From: Phoronis australis
Lineage: Eukaryota; Animalia; Phoronida
Direction of reading: 5' to 3'
Length of the DNA stretch: 64,000 nucleotides
Assembly (NCBI GenBank): GCA_002633005.1
Contig: NMRA01000346.1
Location: 1 to 64,000 of the forward strand
Shown here piece by piece: positions 61,901 through 64,000 of this stretch. The translations under genes and the position numbers were made by a program. The notes beneath the pieces were generated by a model. The model saw nothing but the letters and a program-made list of their open reading frames with translations. It ran no database searches and was not told the origin of the DNA. Positions within the stretch are counted from its first letter, which is position 1; the number at the start of each line of letters is the position of its first letter.

Positions 61901-62504
61901 CTGTTACCGGCACTATGCAGAATGGTTTCAATGAGCCGGAGCTGAAATTGAAGCGAGTCGACAAACACAAAAGCACCTTTTTCTCAATTTTACGAAATAA
62001 GCAAATCGCCATAATAAAGATCGAAAATTTTACCAAGGCAATTTCTTTAAAACTGACTAAATACTAGGCCTACCAGTTGCTCATAAGCCCAACGGTTTGA
62101 TTAGTGAATTAGTGGTCAACGACGGTCTACGTTACTAAGTCAAAACTATCGAACTGCAAGGAAGTTTGTCAATGTTGTTACAGGCTGCACCTGCACAAGA
62201 ATGTCATATCTCACCAAGAGGAATTCCATGCCACAACCAAGTGTATAGTGCCGCAATTAATGGACAAATCGAGTAAAACAAAACGGCAATCAGCAGACTG
62301 AAGAAAGACCACAAAACCACTGCCTTCTTGATCATACTTACTTTAGTTCTGTCATTACACGCTAGATAGCGTACGATGTCGCCTCGCTGTTACCCTGCGT
62401 GTCCGCTAGGGGGTTGAACACGCAATGAGATTGACATCTTCATTGAGAACACGCAGGTATCATTTAATTTTCCTAGTGAATTTTGCTTACACCGGCGTTT
62501 CTGT

Positions 62505-62810
62505 TTGGCGTTGCCATGAACAATTTTATGAATAAGGTGGAGCTTGAGTTGGTAAACACGATTTTTAATATTTAGCCACCCAAGAGACTGAAAATGATAA
62601 GAGAGTACGAGGGCGCATGTAAACTGCCGGAGTACATTGTACATATCTAATTAATTTGTTTTGAAACACCTTATTGCGAAGACAAATATTTAAACTGAAA
62701 AACCAGCTTGAACAAGCATAATCAAACAAAGGAATTATTAGTGAATTACACAGGGTTTTACCAGACATAAGGTCTAAGCAATCTCTATGGCTGTACATAG
62801 TCTGCAATTA
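62505..62810 (-). mobile_element. CR1/L2-type LINE ORF2 C-terminal remnant
   Basis: KTLCNSLIIPLFDYACSSW...QNKLIRY and FQSLGWLNIKNRVYQLKLHLIHKIVHGNA in two frames. Confidence 0.75.
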
Positions 62811-64000
62811 TACGAGATCGACTTGGCCGCCTCCTCAAAAAAGAGCATGGTGACCATTTAAAGAAATCTACTCAACAATTTTCAGAGACAAAAATCTCAA
62901 TATCGCATTTTTCTGATAACCGAATCATTAAAATGCCATACCTCAATTATTTTGTCTTAAATTACAAGGAATTTCCGAAAATAGGCCCACGCAGAAGTAC
63001 CCCCATGTGTGTACTTTTGGAAGCATTTCCAAAAATAAGGTTATGGGCGTATTTTTGGTAAATGTTTGCATGTTTTGAAAATCTTATGGATTGCTCTAAA
63101 ATACATGTGTAATGTGTTTTGATGTGAAAGTTCGTTTATATTGCAGTGGCCGATGTACATTGAGTACTAAGGGGGTTTAGGATTCGCGCCTTGCGCCAAT
63201 TCGAGCAGTGGCAGTTCGGGAGATGGATTTCCCCATCCCGTGTAAGACAATTTTTTTGTTTTTGTAGCCAAATAGTGCAATTTCCATGTACCCTGGCGAG
63301 TTTGTGGCAGTTTACGTCTAGAGATGATTTAAAACCCTTCTCGTCACATGAACTCCAGCTCGGCTCATAAGTTCCATAAAACCATAATATTAATATTGAA
63401 CACATCTGGGTATGAGTCACACCACCAGCCAAATATTAGTTGGAACATCCGTCTACACATACCGATTTTTGGCATGCGAAAAGTCGTATACGAAAAAGTG
63501 CAGTGTGCATAAAGGGGTTTAGACAACTAACTATCAAATATTAAAGAACATAAGACGCACAGACGGCCACATAAAAACCCAACGCTTGAATATCAGATGA
63601 CAGAAGCCTCAAGTTTTTCAGGAACGAAAACCTGCACTTTTCCGTCCAGAAATGAACGTATGTTCGGTCTCGTTACAAGAGAAACTGACGAGCGATGGTG
63701 ATCTCGGCTCATAGTCTATTATCAAAAGCGACAATAAATACTTAAACATCATTTTTCAATCCAGTAATCATGCATTTGCGAAGGGTACGATGATCATTTG
63801 AACTTACTTTAAAACCCAGCATATAAGCCAATGGGCGATGCAAAGTACCTTCCTGCTATTATAAGACTACCCTTATTTTTGCCGAGTTCAATCGTGTAAG
63901 ATCTTTTCTTACCGCCGCACTAAATATCTGTAAACTATTATTTTCAGTTGTTTTCAACCGGAAATTTTGATATTTGAGCCGTTGGCGGTTTGAAACATCC

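Overview
This is eukaryotic (metazoan, most likely invertebrate) genomic DNA with two N-gaps; I see no prokaryotic operon, rRNA or CRISPR array. Two spliced host genes lie tail-to-tail. (1) A class C GPCR on + closely resembling Drosophila GABA-B-R3: 15 phase-consistent coding exons at 23245-43862, about 1005 aa, N-terminal exon(s) not found. (2) A complete GH3-domain gene (GHDC-like) on -: 6 coding exons at 59768-45865, about 603 aa. The remainder is dense in transposon relics: five TTAA-type Kolobok-like elements carrying THAP, transposase or KolX (P2X7-ballast-like) fragments, one ISL2EU-like element (THAP plus YqaJ exonuclease), a solo LTR with a 5-bp TSD, CR1/L2 LINE fragments, GC-run MITEs and many minisatellites. 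The most unusual observations are a Kolobok family built from two inverted copies of its own 5' end (two copies in the window) and minisatellites seeded on exon/intron junctions that multiply splice donors of the receptor gene. All calls come from manual reading and translation; family assignments rest on remembered motifs, not database searches.
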